This document shows, piece by piece, positions 9,800 to 22,536 of a DNA stretch of 50,030 nucleotides. A model generated the notes under the pieces. That model worked only from the letters and a program-made list of their open reading frames with translations. It did no database searches and was not told where the DNA came from. This DNA is from Halocafeteria seosinensis. Its lineage: Eukaryota. The number at the start of each line of letters is the position of its first letter. Position 1 is the first letter of the stretch. Location of the stretch: contig LVLI01001199.1 of assembly GCA_001687465.1 (NCBI GenBank), forward strand, positions 1 to 50,030. The letters are read 5' to 3'. A program made the position numbers and the translations under genes.

Positions 9800-11650
9800 T
9801 TAACCAGTTCGTCGAAATGTTTCCGTGATCTCGGGACTCAGGCGGCCTATAATTGTGGGTATCGCTTGTCCTCGGATGACGACGTGCGTTTGCCTCTCAT
9901 TGAATGTCACCTCGAGAACGCCCTGTCTGGCTCCGCCTTGCCTGGCAACTAGCCAAGCACCTTTGGCGATTCCCAGTTTCTCTATCCAATAGGGGCCAAT
10001 GGCACAATGAGCGCTACCAGTCACAGGGTCCTCGTTGATGCCATACCGAGGTGCGAAACCCCGACTGTGAACGTGTTCAGTTGAATCTTTCGTTTCTCTG
10101 GTTGTGATAATTACAACTCGTCCATCTATCTCCGCTAATTGTTGTGCATCGGCATGCACGGGGATGTTCTTGAAGTTCTGTGGACTGACCTCTACAAGGA
10201 CGTCTATCTGATTAGAGCCAATAAACTGAATTTGGTCAAATGGAATCCCGAGGGATTTCTCGCAAATTTTTGAAACAGAGCCCCATTCTGCATCATCGAC
10301 CTTTTGCACAGGCTGCGCGGGAAACGTCATTTCGTATGCCAGACCTGAATTATCATCTTTCAACCCAAGTAATGGCTTTCTCGTAACCTTACCGTAACCC
10401 AAGCAAAATGTACGTACCACTAATACTGACCGAAAGTATACCTGATAAAGACTCGAACCTAATGCTCTTTTGGATTTGGGGAATAAAGGCATACTCCTTT
10501 AGGACATACGCGGCCGCTAAAGTTGCATGACCGCATAGATCGACCTGAACAGAAATTATATAAAATCGTGCCGCCTATTTTTAGGAAGTTCGACGTTTTA
10601 AACTTACTTCTTTCGTTGGCGTCATCCATCGAATAACCCAATTTCCTCCCTCATTTTTTGTAGGAGCCCGACGAGCTACAAACGCTGTCTCTGACAAGTT
10701 ATTTTCGAGTGCGATGTTTTGCATCCACTCCAAATAAGGCTTCCAACTTTCTTTATCTTCGATACTGGGCATAGTTCGTGGGAGCACTACTACCGCTGCC
10801 GGGTTTCCTCCAAACGCTTGGTCTGTAAAGCTATCGATTTGGTACTGCTCCAGAGTGTGTAAAGGAAATGACGTGCTCAATCCTCTGAAGTCTAATTCCA
10901 TATCATACCATAAATCTGTATTTGAGTTGAAATTTAATGGTAAAACGTAGCCAGGAGCCAAAACTAATGAATATTTTCCTAACCTTGACCATGCTCCACG
11001 TTGCTTCGTCCCAAGTTTTGGAAGCCTACACGGGCGTAGAGGGAGATGTTATGCTCCTTCGTTATCAAACGAGCCCGGTGGAGATGTGGATTTTCAAAGG
11101 CACAAGATCGGAGGTAGTTCTGCAGCATCCACGTTCCTAAACCTTTGCATCTGCATCCCCAAATAACCAATCAGAATAACCAATTATTCTGATTCCGAGT
11201 GTAGCTGTGAAGACAGGTTTGAGTTTAAGGTCCTACCGTTCTTGAGCCTTTACAACAACCGAGTGGATGCATAAGGTTTTGCCATGTTCATCGTGCTCCT
11301 TCATTGACTCTTCCGCTGTTGGAGAACATAATTCTCGTGAGGGTCATTTTTCAGACAGGGTTCGCAGTTTCTGACGTACTGAGTTCCTCGTGCGCTGAGC
11401 GAGTAGAGCAAACGTATCCAATCAAAGTGTCCGTCGGCTCACGAGCATTGTTCCATTCTCTGCGCAATGCCATCCAAAAATAACGCGACGCATTTTCGAA
11501 TCGAAATCTTAGAGTATCCGGTGAGGCGGCTTCATCCGTGGGGTATGAGCTTTGTTCCAGGGAGATCACATCCTCTTCCAATCTCGTTCGCGTTAAAGGC
11601 AGGAGGTAGTATTCACCCGCAGTATCCGACAACGACAAGGAACGCAGCAT
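9800..11650 (-). CDS. GNAT acetyltransferase (AANAT/Paa1-like) fused to a PhzF/PBLD-family epimerase-like domain, multi-exon
   Basis: N-terminal exons encode SSYPTDEAASPDTLRFR, LCIHSVVV, KGLGTWML and LYARVGF. The exon starting near 10918 runs from DLWYDMELDF (GNAT end) into QIDSFTDQAFGGNPAAVV, NLSETAF; later exons give VDLCGHATL and EDPVTGSAHC. Confidence 0.85.
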
Positions 11651-11921
11651 CTTCGACCACAGATTTGTTGATTCTTTCTGATGAACTGAGACCACTAATC
11701 CAAAAGAATTCTCCAACTCAAGCGTTCAGTGCATCAATCGTGCGACAAACTTCACACTCCTCCAGCATCGAAGACTACATGACTATACAAGAAGGTTTTG
11801 TCAACTACCCTAAACTACTCCTAATACTACTAATGTCTGGTTCTTACTCGTTCTAGAACCTTTGAGAGTAACGAGCCATGTCTGGGGTATCCTAGTTATT
11901 GCTGATTGCTGGTGTATCGTG

Positions 11922-13638
11922 TCAATCAATAAAGCGGCCTCGAAGTATGTTGCGTGCTACAAAATCTCTGGAAAAATGTTTAGGCGGCCTTTCTACACCG
12001 TAACAATCTCTTTCATGCAGCGCCTCGCACTCGAATTTGATGCCGCTACTTTGCATGGCTGACAGTTCCATATGAATTCTTGTAGCCGCCTGAGGGCGAG
12101 AAGTTTATATTTTTCGACCGCTCCGTATTATTAATGCAAAGCTCGTGGAAAGCACATACCTGAATGGCAGGCCGCTTCATTAGGTTTCGGATTCTGGAAT
12201 GATCTCTGGAAGTTGAATGTTGTAGCGCATGTGCTGGAAGGTTGTGTTCCGTCAAGTCAGAATGATGCAGACCAAGCCATCTTAATGTTGGCAAAGGGTA
12301 CTGATCAGACTCTCCGTGGATAGAGGTGCTACCGACACGGTATATCAGCTGCAGGAGTGAATTGAAGCGGATTCGGAGAGCAGATGCTCGATATCCCGTG
12401 TAAACGGTTATTGTTCAACTAACCATGATAGCTGCTCCGTATACATTCCAATCGCAAAGAATGTAAGGACACAACCCAAATGACTTCACCAAACTGGCAG
12501 CAAATGCTCGTGCAGCGATATCAGGCATTCCTGCAGAATTGGTTTTGAAATTAGACCGAGTCTATGCGTACAAGCCGCAGCAGCGTACCTTTCCCCGTCA
12601 TGACTATTACGGGTAGGTCATCGAAGATCTTTTCGGCCAGCAATCTTCTGAAGACAGTTTCCTTTTCAACTATTAGGAGATACATTGCTTCCGTCCTACT
12701 GCATATGGAACCCACTTAAAGGAGGACTGGTTTTTCAATAACGGACAATTTCGCTTACAATTGTCGGCGTAGGTCATCCGGATTGTACTCCATCAAGGAA
12801 GGAATTTTGGCCGCCGATTCACCCATTTCCACCCATTCTCCATGCACCTGTTATGGACACAGGCGAATCCTCTTTGGGGTCTGACATAAAAAAGTTTCCC
12901 AGCGACAAATTGTTGTCCCTTACAAGAACCTGTAGCTTTCCCCCCACGAGGCCTTTGGATCCGCCGTCTATTCCGAATGAAATTCGAGGCTCTCTAAACA
13001 GCAATGTGATATCAGATATTATCTTGGATGCTAGCGTAGGATTATGACGGAACGCATTCACATGAGTGTAATAAAGGTCCCTGACTGAAACTGTCCTGCC
13101 ATCACGAATGAACTTTCGGAAGCTCGCCAAACACAGCATAAAGAGCGCATGATACTTTTCTCCAGATGGCTTATTTTCCAGTCTGTGGTACGTGTATGAA
13201 GCAACAGGAGGTGGATTAACTCTCCTGTTTGGTGCTGGAGTAAAGGGTGCTCCCTCGAGGAATTCCTGTAGATTGGATTCCTCTTCCGTCTGCATCCGCG
13301 ATGTTTTGGGCTGCAACTCAGGGAAGCAATTGATGTGACACGTTCAAGTCAGTACACCAATAGTGTTGCCACTATATAGAAAAACGTCTTGAATGAGTTA
13401 CGGCGAGGTTATGAGAAGTCCAGAATTCTCGTTCTGGGATAGAAGAATTCACCACACTTACTATGGCAATCGTTGGCGGCACTCTATGCCGAATCAACCA
13501 TAAATACTGATACAGAAAGCTATTTATCTTCTCGTCAATAGTTCCGGATGATATTGACATTGGAGAAATGATTGACTGAACATAACACGGAGGAGTTGCG
13601 TAGACATCCTCGGATGAACCGCTAGCCAATTCTTCCAT
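11922..13638 (-). CDS. SPO11-2: Meiotic recombination protein Spo11-2 (Topo VI-A family), multi-exon
   Basis: RDLYY catalytic-Tyr motif, SKGLVGG, and TOPRIM motifs LIVEKETVFRRL and TGKG|MPD. Also DWNVYG (DWNPxG is typical of Spo11-2), RWLGL and KFECEAL. Junctions checked have canonical introns. Confidence 0.88.
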
Positions 13639-14071
13639 GGTTCTCCTAAGGGATAACAGACGAAAAATGCACTACGTTGTAATGTTTCCTTGCTCTCGGA
13701 TACACTTGATGAAAATTACTCTAACAAAACAAATTGATGCCGCTTTTCTGTTTCCTTTCATGGTTTCTTGATTATTGTTCTTGTTTCCCCCAAGTGGGGA
13801 GAATTCTTCTCGTTGGGACGGAAGGAATTTTCAGGATACGAAGCTTTCCAGAGCCATTCCCGTTAGTTCCCACATCACGACAAAATAGTTATGCACGCGG
13901 CAGTACGCACAAGATTTACCTGGTGTCGTCACTCTCTTTTTTGGGGCAAGATGCCCTCCAACCGATATAAATGAGAATCGAGGTACATAGATTCATCCAC
14001 ACTACATGTATTACAATGGACTGAGTAACAGTGCTTTTCGTATATGTGTATATTTCGTTAAAATCGATAGC

Positions 14072-17000
14072 TCACTCACCACTCTTAGTATTGGTCCTTG
14101 ACTGGAGAATTCTTCTTGAGAATTCAGCTCCATTAGATACTCTATTAAGTTCACTCTGCTTCGTCGGAGAAGCTAATTTAGAGCTTTCATGACTGCTTTC
14201 ATTTTCGTCCAATTCTATTTCCTGCTCTTTTTCTTCACCAGTGCTGTGCTCCAAAGATTCTTCAGAATGGTGAAGTGCGGCATTACGCTTCGCTACTCGC
14301 TGGATCGCTCTAGCTTTCCGCAAGGTAGCCGAAGGCTGGCCGCTCTTCTTCACGGCTTCCATGTCTTTGAGTACATTAGCCACCGCCGCATTCGTGCTCG
14401 CAACGAGGTGTTGCGCAGCCTCATTGTGGGAACCATTTTCGGAGTGTCTCCGTCGACCGTAGGAGGATTTCCGCGGAACTGCTTCGCCTTCGCGTTCATG
14501 ATGATGTTCCTCCATACTCTCTTCATCGTCTGGATCTGTTTCCACAAAGATAGTGGTTCCAAAAGCAGATTTAGTGCGATATCCTGCTTTTTCTCGTTTG
14601 TTCTGGATTTTAGCACGTGATGCTTCCGTTGTCTGGAACACTGAACTGCGGGGTGCAATGTGCCCCGACCCCGTTTCTTCTGCATGATCACTGCGGTAGA
14701 GGCATTCGTTTTTAAACCTCTGTTTTGCATCTTCACTCATGTCGAATTCATCCTCAGTAACGTCTTCTACGGTCATATTGTGATTGTCAGCCATTGCCAA
14801 ACGGGAGCGCTGAGTAGTGTCTTCAACAGCTTTATGGATTTCATCCATCGATGGTAAACAGTCAATTCCTCCTGCCCCATCATGCTCTTCTGTGTCGTCC
14901 CCTTCTGTTGGCCGTTTAGGATACGTAGGCGCAACATCGTGTCTATCATCTGAACGCTGACGCTTGCTTTCCTCGCAATCCAAGTCGGAAGAATCGGTAC
15001 TTTCTCGTTTCTGTCCGCTAACCGAGCTTTGGTGGCCACCATTGTGAGAGGCATTCGACGACTCGATTTCGCGGTTTGCTAGAGGCGTCACTACGGAATT
15101 TTCACTGAAAATGTCGTTACTATGATTGTTGAATTTCAAACGCTTGAGGGACCTTGGGGCACTCAGCTGTTTTTTCATTCTCCGGTTCATTTTTACAGCT
15201 TCATCATATTTGTCCTGCAGTTGTTTAACGTCTGAAGTTAACGTCTCAACTTGGTCGGCCAGGCGCTTATTTACATTAGTTTGCTCTTGCAAGGCGGAAT
15301 CCGACGAGGCTTCCATGGTTTGGTCTTCTTCGCCCTGATGTAAGCTTGCCGTTTGCTCGAGGCGACGAATTTTAGATCTCAGGTTGGTAATTCTAGATTC
15401 ATAGTCCATACTCGTTTGAAGCAACGTAGCAGTTAATCGAGTATCAGCGCGCTGCAGATCGGAACGAAGGCGAGAATTCTCATCCTGAAGTTCGCTGACT
15501 TGTCGCTTGAGTTTAGAGATGCTTCCCATAACTCCTCCTGTTCTGACGGCATCCTCGCCCTCCCCGTGGAGGGCAATGTTGTATTTCATGATATTCATCA
15601 TAAACCAGTTGAGTAACCTTCCAGCAAGGTCACTTCGCGCACGAGCAGTTAACCCCTTTCGACGTCCTTTAGAGCATGTCTGCATCTTATTGGCTTCCTC
15701 CATAACGCGTGACATCCAGCCGTTTCTCTTCAGACCTTCTCTTTCCTCATCAGCTTCAAAGCTTATGCGCTGTGCATGGGCTTGTTGAATTTCAATGGTA
15801 AGCGATGCCAGTTCCCTCTTTGCAACATCGATTTCCTGTCTTATTTCGTCTATGGATGCCTCATCCTCGCTATCACATTCCTCCAACTGAGATTCCAGCT
15901 GACATACCCTTTCGGCGGCCTCGGAGCGCTTCTGTACTGCGGCTTCTGCACGCTGCTTCCAAACAAGCTTTTGGTTCCTGTAATATATCGTACGTATCAT
16001 GATGTCTTGTATCTGCTGCGGCAGTACACCGCTTTCAGTCAGTACACTTTTTTCACCATTTTCTCCGAGGAAAATTGCTTCTGCCTGCTCGAATTCAGAA
16101 TCAATGGGTTGTATCTGACCTACGGTATCCTTAACTAAGCGTGCGGCTTTTTCGTTGAGTGAATTCGTATCGCCGATGAGCTCCATTTCCGATACTGCCG
16201 GAGCAGAAGAAGTTCCATGGTTGACCCGACTGAAAAGCCGGGAGGATTCAACCCCAAAGTTTGAACCGAACCCGATAATCGTTGATTCTTCATCATCAGT
16301 CTTATTTTCACTCTCGCCGCCTCTGTTGGCAGACCTCGTACGCATGTTACTGGCAACAGCACGCTTACTATCTCTTGCAGCCGCGCTTCTCGTCCGAGTT
16401 CGCTCCCTTTGCCGAGCTATCTTAAGTTGGGCATCCTGCTTCTCAATGCGGTTCTTTTGCTTAGCTATCTCCAACTGCGCTTTGCGATTTTCTTTCGCTA
16501 GCTTGGCAGCTTCTCGTTCTTTCTCTTTCTTGTCCTGCTGATAGCGTCGTGCCGTTTCTCGAATACGTCGTTCCAATTCTACTTTTTCACGCTTGTGCTG
16601 CTCAATTTCAGTTTTCAGCTTCTGTAGACGCTCTATCTCTCTTTCCTTTCTTCTCTGCTCGCGTTTTGTTTCTTCGAGATTTTGCTGCATCTCCTTAAAC
16701 TTTTTCTCTGAAAATTTCTCCTCCTTTCGTCTTTGCTCGCTTTCATTTTGCAGCTTCTGTAGCCGTTCAATCTCTTCTTCTTTTCTCCGCTTTTCTCGCT
16801 TGGTTTCTTCCACATTTTGCAGCATTTGTTTTATGCGCTCCTCAGCACTCTCAGGTTTTACATTTTCCTCGTTTTCCTCATTGGTGTTGGCGACCGATAT
16901 TCTGTAGAGCTTCTCCTTTTCTTTGAGAAGACTGGATACCTCATCCAATTTGCCCTTCAACTGAGCTTGTTGAGCTAGATGCTCTGCCGAAAAATCTGCT

Positions 17001-18946
17001 GCCGCTTCAGCTACCTCCGCAGCAGTTTCTTCATCGTGCTCGTCTTCTTCAGCTTGCTCTTCTTGACGTTCCGTTTTATTTTCATGCTCTTCTTGACGTT
17101 CCGCTTTATTTCCATTTTGTTTCAAAGAAAGAATTTCCTGATTCTTTTCTTCGATGATGTTGAACGTTACTCCTTCTTCGGGAAAAATTGGAGTTTCCAA
17201 ATCGGCTTCATCCGAAACATGGGAAAAAATCTGCGAAGCGCTATCTTGAAGCTCATTAACCACCACCTCATGCAGTTTATTGAACCTCCAGTGCCACTTA
17301 TCCCGTTCATTGAGAAGCTTGGCGTTCTCAGCATAAAATCTAGTCAACTGCTCATAAGCATCACTCCCCTGCTTTGCGATCTCCGACAGCTTCGATTTGG
17401 TGCTCGACAGTTGTGATCTTGTTTCGTGCAACGTGTGCTCTAGGTCAGTTATTTCTTCATTGAGCTGTTTGACATACTCCTCGTTAACAGAGCGACCGGA
17501 ATGCCCAAGATTTGAATTAGGGGCTCTCTTCACGGGGCTGCTAAATGGAACGCTGCTACCCGTAATAGGATACCGGTTCAAGATATCCTTTGAAATCTGA
17601 GCACCTTCGGCATACATTCGTGATAGTTCTCCCGTCAATTCCGATACCGCGGAGCGCAATGCTACATTGGTCGTAGCATTCGGGTCTGCATTAACGACAG
17701 GTTTATTTTCAATGCTGCTCGCAGTATCCGCGTAACGTAACGTGAGCATTGTTTCTTCAAAGCTCAAGTCTGACGGGCTAACACAAGCAATCATTAAGGT
17801 TGAGCTATTTCCCCCGAGCGAATTCTGCAAGAGATGCGTTAGTTTTGAGGATCGATAGGGGATGTGCTTTTCTTTCGCTGCTAGTTTGTTTATGCACATG
17901 CCCAAGTTCGTCAAACTCTTGTTAATGTTGTTGGCCTCCCGCAGACGGTCGCCCTCAGCTCCTGACTTCTTGGATCGCTCACTTCCAGCGAGGTCAACCA
18001 GGCGAAAGAGAGAGGTCTTGCCGATGGACTCCTGGTTACCGCTATTGTTGTCGCGAGGTATTTGATCTACTTTGAGGGTGAATACGGCGTGGGACCTGGA
18101 CGAAACGTCGTTCATATTTGTAGCTGCCGTAGTTCGCCGCTGAGCACCTCGCGCGAGATACTCGGCCAAATGTTCCACTCTATTGATTGACTTCTCGGTG
18201 ATTCCCTTTGGGTTGTAATTTCCAAACTCGTCGGCTGCCATCATGTACGTCTTCTTCGGTTCAGGTTCATCACTTGACAAAAGCAGGTCGCGGATCTGTT
18301 CATTGTAGATTTCCAGGTACGATACGGAAAGCAGAAAGTCCATACCGGTGTAATTTTGGCGCATCTCTTCCACATGATCCAGGAGCTCCTCTAAGAGCCT
18401 CGGTATAATCCCAAGCTGTTCCGATGGATCATTGGCGGTGTAGCAAGTCCCCATCGTGTACGTTTTCCCACTACCCGTTTGTCCGTAAGCCAGGATTGTA
18501 GCATTGTACCCCTCCAGAAACTGGGACACTGCAAGAATCGACAAATTCCTTTATGTATCAACGAAAAAATGACAGTGTCTTTTTCCAACTCGTGACCAAC
18601 ATACCCAGTGGCTTCACTGTGTGCTCATACACTTCACTTTGACCACAATTCTCGCTCAGAACGCGGTCAAACGTGAAACTTTTCTGCCCTGCCTCGATTT
18701 GGCCAGTCTCAGGGTGAACGACGAGGGCATATCCTGATCCCGCGTCCTTCTCTTTTTGATTTAAACTGCATGAAAGGGATACGCAAGTAGCCATGCTCAG
18801 CTCAGGTGGCAGTGCAATCAATATGACTGCATATCTGCCCAAATCATCGCGACTTACCCTCGAATCCGCACAGCTACGTGTACGTTATTGCTGCCATTGC
18901 CAGCACTACTGTTTGTGTCCTCAGATACCTTGCTATCCTCCTGCAT
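14072..18946 (-). CDS. N-terminal motor kinesin with long coiled coil, probably kinesin-4 (KIF4/KIF21/KIF27-like)
   Basis: VHVAVRIR in the first exon, FTFDRV, AYGQTGSGKTYTMGT, NDVSSRSHAVF, LVDLAGSER, HIPYRSSKLT and LRYA, followed by ~1000 aa of coiled coil. Two 5' introns. Subfamily is an inference. Confidence 0.92.
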
Positions 18947-19769
18947 GGCTCTTGTCCTGATAACTTCACGAGGCCGTTAACGACGATCCCGTCGGTCGCT
19001 GTCTTTTTCGAGAGTATAAACAGCACGCGTGCAAGAGTGAACTCTTGAACGCATCCACTATCCTAGCTCAGAATGAATGCACAACGGAGGTTACAACAAT
19101 GGAAACAGAATGAAGCCTTTGATTTGGGCGAATGGGCGCCGGAGGACTTTGGGTCGGGACGCGCGCGCGCGTCTTTTCGCTATTTTATTCGAAAAACGCG
19201 CGTCCTCCAAAGGGAGTACTCAGTCCTGTGGATTGAATTGAGTACTATAATAGCGCCACATGCACCGAGCAAATTATGCATGTGGAGAGCTAGGATGTAA
19301 ATGGGCAAGGCATGTTCTCCGAGTTCGATATGCCTGCCGCTCATCCAGCCTGATGATCTAGGACTCTCTCTCTCTGCCAGGCGCGCGTAATTCTATGCTA
19401 GTAGTTTCATTGTACGAGGCACACTATATATTTACTAGCAAGGGTCTATAATTGACTCCTACGAGACATGGCTTAGGGGATGTTGCGAGAGACAGCGCAC
19501 GCATGAGCCGTGCTGATTTTCCCATGTGGATTTGAATTTTCACCGCGCTTCTCTTCTCTCTACGCACTGGTTCTGTCTATTGGAGAAGCAAGAATGTGTA
19601 CGAGGAGGAGCATGGCTACAGATGTTGGATTATCCTTTGATCATGCAACCAAAATCATTAGCTCGATATATCCAGGGAGAAATTTCTCACATAGAAGTCA
19701 CGGCGGTCTGTTCGAACTTCAAAGTGCAACAATGAAATTCAATCGCTACGCGCTGCTCGTTAATTAGTG

Positions 19770-19967
19770 TCAATTTTTGCCATGATAGTTGTAGTGCCGG
19801 CCACAGTTGGCACAATTGCGATATGCGTGAGACTGATGCTGCGCATTGGAGGGGTCCGTGGCCAGTTTGGTCACCGCCGAAACCAGGTTTGGGACGAAAT
19901 GATTGCAGACGCCGTTGCGGACAGTATAGTCCTTTCGAGCTGACTCATTCGCTGGTTTCTTTTCCAT
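19770..19967 (-). CDS. Small putative zinc-binding protein (65 aa)
   Basis: MEKKPA...CNHFVPN...CANCGRHYNYH. An upstream gtaagt...ag intron ends just before the ATG (probable 5' UTR intron). Confidence 0.55.
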   Translation of the reverse strand: MEKKPANESARKDYTVRNGVCNHFVPNLVSAVTKLATDPSNAQHQSHAYRNCANCGRHYNYHGKN

Positions 19968-20798
19968 GATTATTTTGTTCTTTAGCAAAAGAAAGATGAA
20001 ATTATCTGCGAAGGGTTTGCTTTAGTGATTTCGGAGAATGGATGTGGTTGAAGTGGCCTCCACTCGCAGCGACCATGAACTTCCATGCCGCTTATTGAGT
20101 CTGCTGGCCACAACTAGGATAACTTACCTCAAAAGCAAACAGTTGCAATTCTATTGCACTTTCCAACAAACGGTGTTAAGGTGCGTTTTCAATGCTCAAC
20201 TCTTTCAATCAGCATAATTTTGCATATAGCTACAGCTAAGGTATTCTGCATCCCATAAATAAGGGGTAATTTATAATTTAACTATCTGCGAGTAAGGGTT
20301 GCCGCGGTGGAATCCACATTACCACCACACTCGCCTTCAACCTTATAGCTTTGTCATGCATATTATATATACAGACCTAAAGTTGTATGCCACTCTGCTA
20401 CCTCCGGGACATGAAGCAGATGTCTTCAGATCAACCATGGTATCCCTATATACTCTTGATGCCACTCCTCCAACCAACCTGACCTCCCACACCAAGTCAT
20501 GCATCTCTGAAACATTGCAAAGTTTCCGATTCTTCCGTAGTTTGGATTCTTTGGAGGATCTGTTCCTTGTTTCGACTCCACTGAACCCTTGAACCAGTTC
20601 GATATCATAAGTAGGCTGCATTCAGTCTGGTGTCCTTCCAGATTCCTCTGCCTCTGATTGAAGTTGAGATACATTGCACGACATAAGTTACATACTCCTA
20701 GTTTTGTTCCATTGTGTGCACTTTTCACTTGTAACTTCGATTTTTACCTAGTTTAGTGCTGCTGATACTAGTCCGGTAACTCGCTGTGGAGGTGTGTC

Positions 20799-22536
20799 AT
20801 GGACGATTTTGTTTTCGATGATGAAAATGAGGCATTATCGCCTTCTCGAGCGGCATCAGATACCAAGACCACCAAGAACAAGAAAGGAAATAAGACCAAT
20901 GGTATGAATGCATTTATATCCTGTTATTAATTTGTCTGTGACATCGTTGGAGCAGTGGTTCTGGTGCCTCTAATCGAGATGCTTTTTTTTTTGAATTTGA
21001 ATTGGCTTGGGAAGTCTCATGACATGGTCATTTAGTGTCTTTAAGGAGACTGCGCACTAGCTAGGGTCGTACTCATTGTGGTATTTTATTCTGTATTTTG
21101 CAGATACACCTGTCACACCAGGAGCTGTTCGCTCAAGATTACGTAAATTCCTTGATAACTTGACGCCTGCCCAGTTTCAGAATATCGATGTAGACAAGAT
21201 GAAAAGTGTAAGCAAGACTGTGGAGTGATGGACGTTTATGTATCCATAACTGGCTTTTTGTGCCCAAATCTCCTGCAGAAATTGGAAGTGGACTTTGATA
21301 CCAACCTAGATTCCCACAAAGACACCATAAGGGAGACCGTAAAGAACTACCTTAAGCGCCAGGGACAGCATACGTCTCCGTCATCTCCCAGGCGAAGCCC
21401 GTATTCTCCAAATCGACCATCTATACACGTAACACAGCAAGGAAAGCATGCTTCGAAGCGCATTCTCCATCGGACCGCTTCAAAGGACTCATCTTCCACT
21501 GTACCCTACACAGACGATGACCAATTACCCAGCAGTCAGGCCAACTTAGAAGCGAGTCAAGACGATTACGTAAAGCAGGAACATAAAACCAGCAAACAAG
21601 AACCAGTATCGCTCGCAGCGAGTGCAAGTGCAAGCGATGTCGTGAAGATAGAAACTGAAGGTGATGAAGAGGAGAGTGCACGTTTCGAATCAACGCAAAA
21701 GAAGCCTAAAACGAAAGCATCTTCTTCGTCGTCGTCCAAGCGTAAGAAGGAGAGCAAAACGACAGAATCTGCGAGTTCAGAAAAGCAAGCAACGGAAACT
21801 GGGGAAAAACGTCCTCGGGAAGCAGTCACTGCTTCATCCAAACAACTGGCATCTAGTCTGCCGTTGACTGTAGCGCCAGGTGTCGCAAAGAAAACCAGGA
21901 CTACAATGCTAGTTCAAGTAGATTGTGACAAAGATCTGCTTGATATATCCGGGGACGTTGGTTCCATCGGACGCATGAGTACGACAGACAAGGGTATCAT
22001 ATTGGATCTGCAAGGACATCGGTATGCAGGAACAATTGTCCCGTCTCTTGCCCATATGGTAGTGGGGATCAGTACGTAGTGCGCTCTAGATTTATTTTTG
22101 TATGTTTGCCTCAATGGGGTGACTATTGTTTGTACAGCACCTAAGGAGGCGAAGGTTGAGTCTGTTACCAACGACTTCGTTCAGCTAGAACACCTGCAGA
22201 ACGTACTTGAGGATATGAAGGGGACGATGACAGGTAAGATTTGCCTGCAATTCATGTAGCTGTCGCGGATGTATCTGTGTGAACTTTTCATTTTTCACAG
22301 AGGGTGCCGAAGATATCGAGGAATTGTTTCGAGTAGAGGATGTGGATGCTATCGAGCAGCATTCGGACGATGATCATAACAAACCAGCACGTGCTTCTGT
22401 TTCCCACGATCTTGACATGGAAAAGCAGTCTAGTATGGAAAGCAATGGGAAGAAGAAGCAGAAGAAGCCTTCCAGACCAAAACAGATGATAGGCAAGGCT
22501 CGTAAGGCTACCAACCGCAAGAAGGCCAAGAAGTAA
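20799..22536 (+). CDS. BIN4: BIN4/MIDGET-like topoisomerase VI accessory protein with N-terminal DEK-C-like domain, multi-exon
   Basis: MLVQVDCDKDLLDISGDVGSIGR...LDLQGHRYAGTIVPS...EAKVESVTNDFVQL resembles the plant BIN4 core (DLSGDxGAVGR...LDLKG...EAKIEAIMNDFIQL). N-terminal LRKFL...LEVDFDTNLDSHKDTIRETVKNYL resembles DEK_C. Confidence 0.82.

Noticed and set aside
12780..12935. Frameshift or pseudogenisation of Spo11 at the ORF stop at 12819
   Set aside because: A gtaagg...ataacag intron restores the frame (GGKLQVL|VHGEWVEMG).
14189..18408. Numerous antisense ORFs over the kinesin (and over other long genes)
   Set aside because: Shadow ORFs produced by codon bias in the real minus-strand gene.
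20299..20728. Short ORFs on both strands upstream of BIN4
   Set aside because: No recognisable motif and no way to choose among three overlapping frames.
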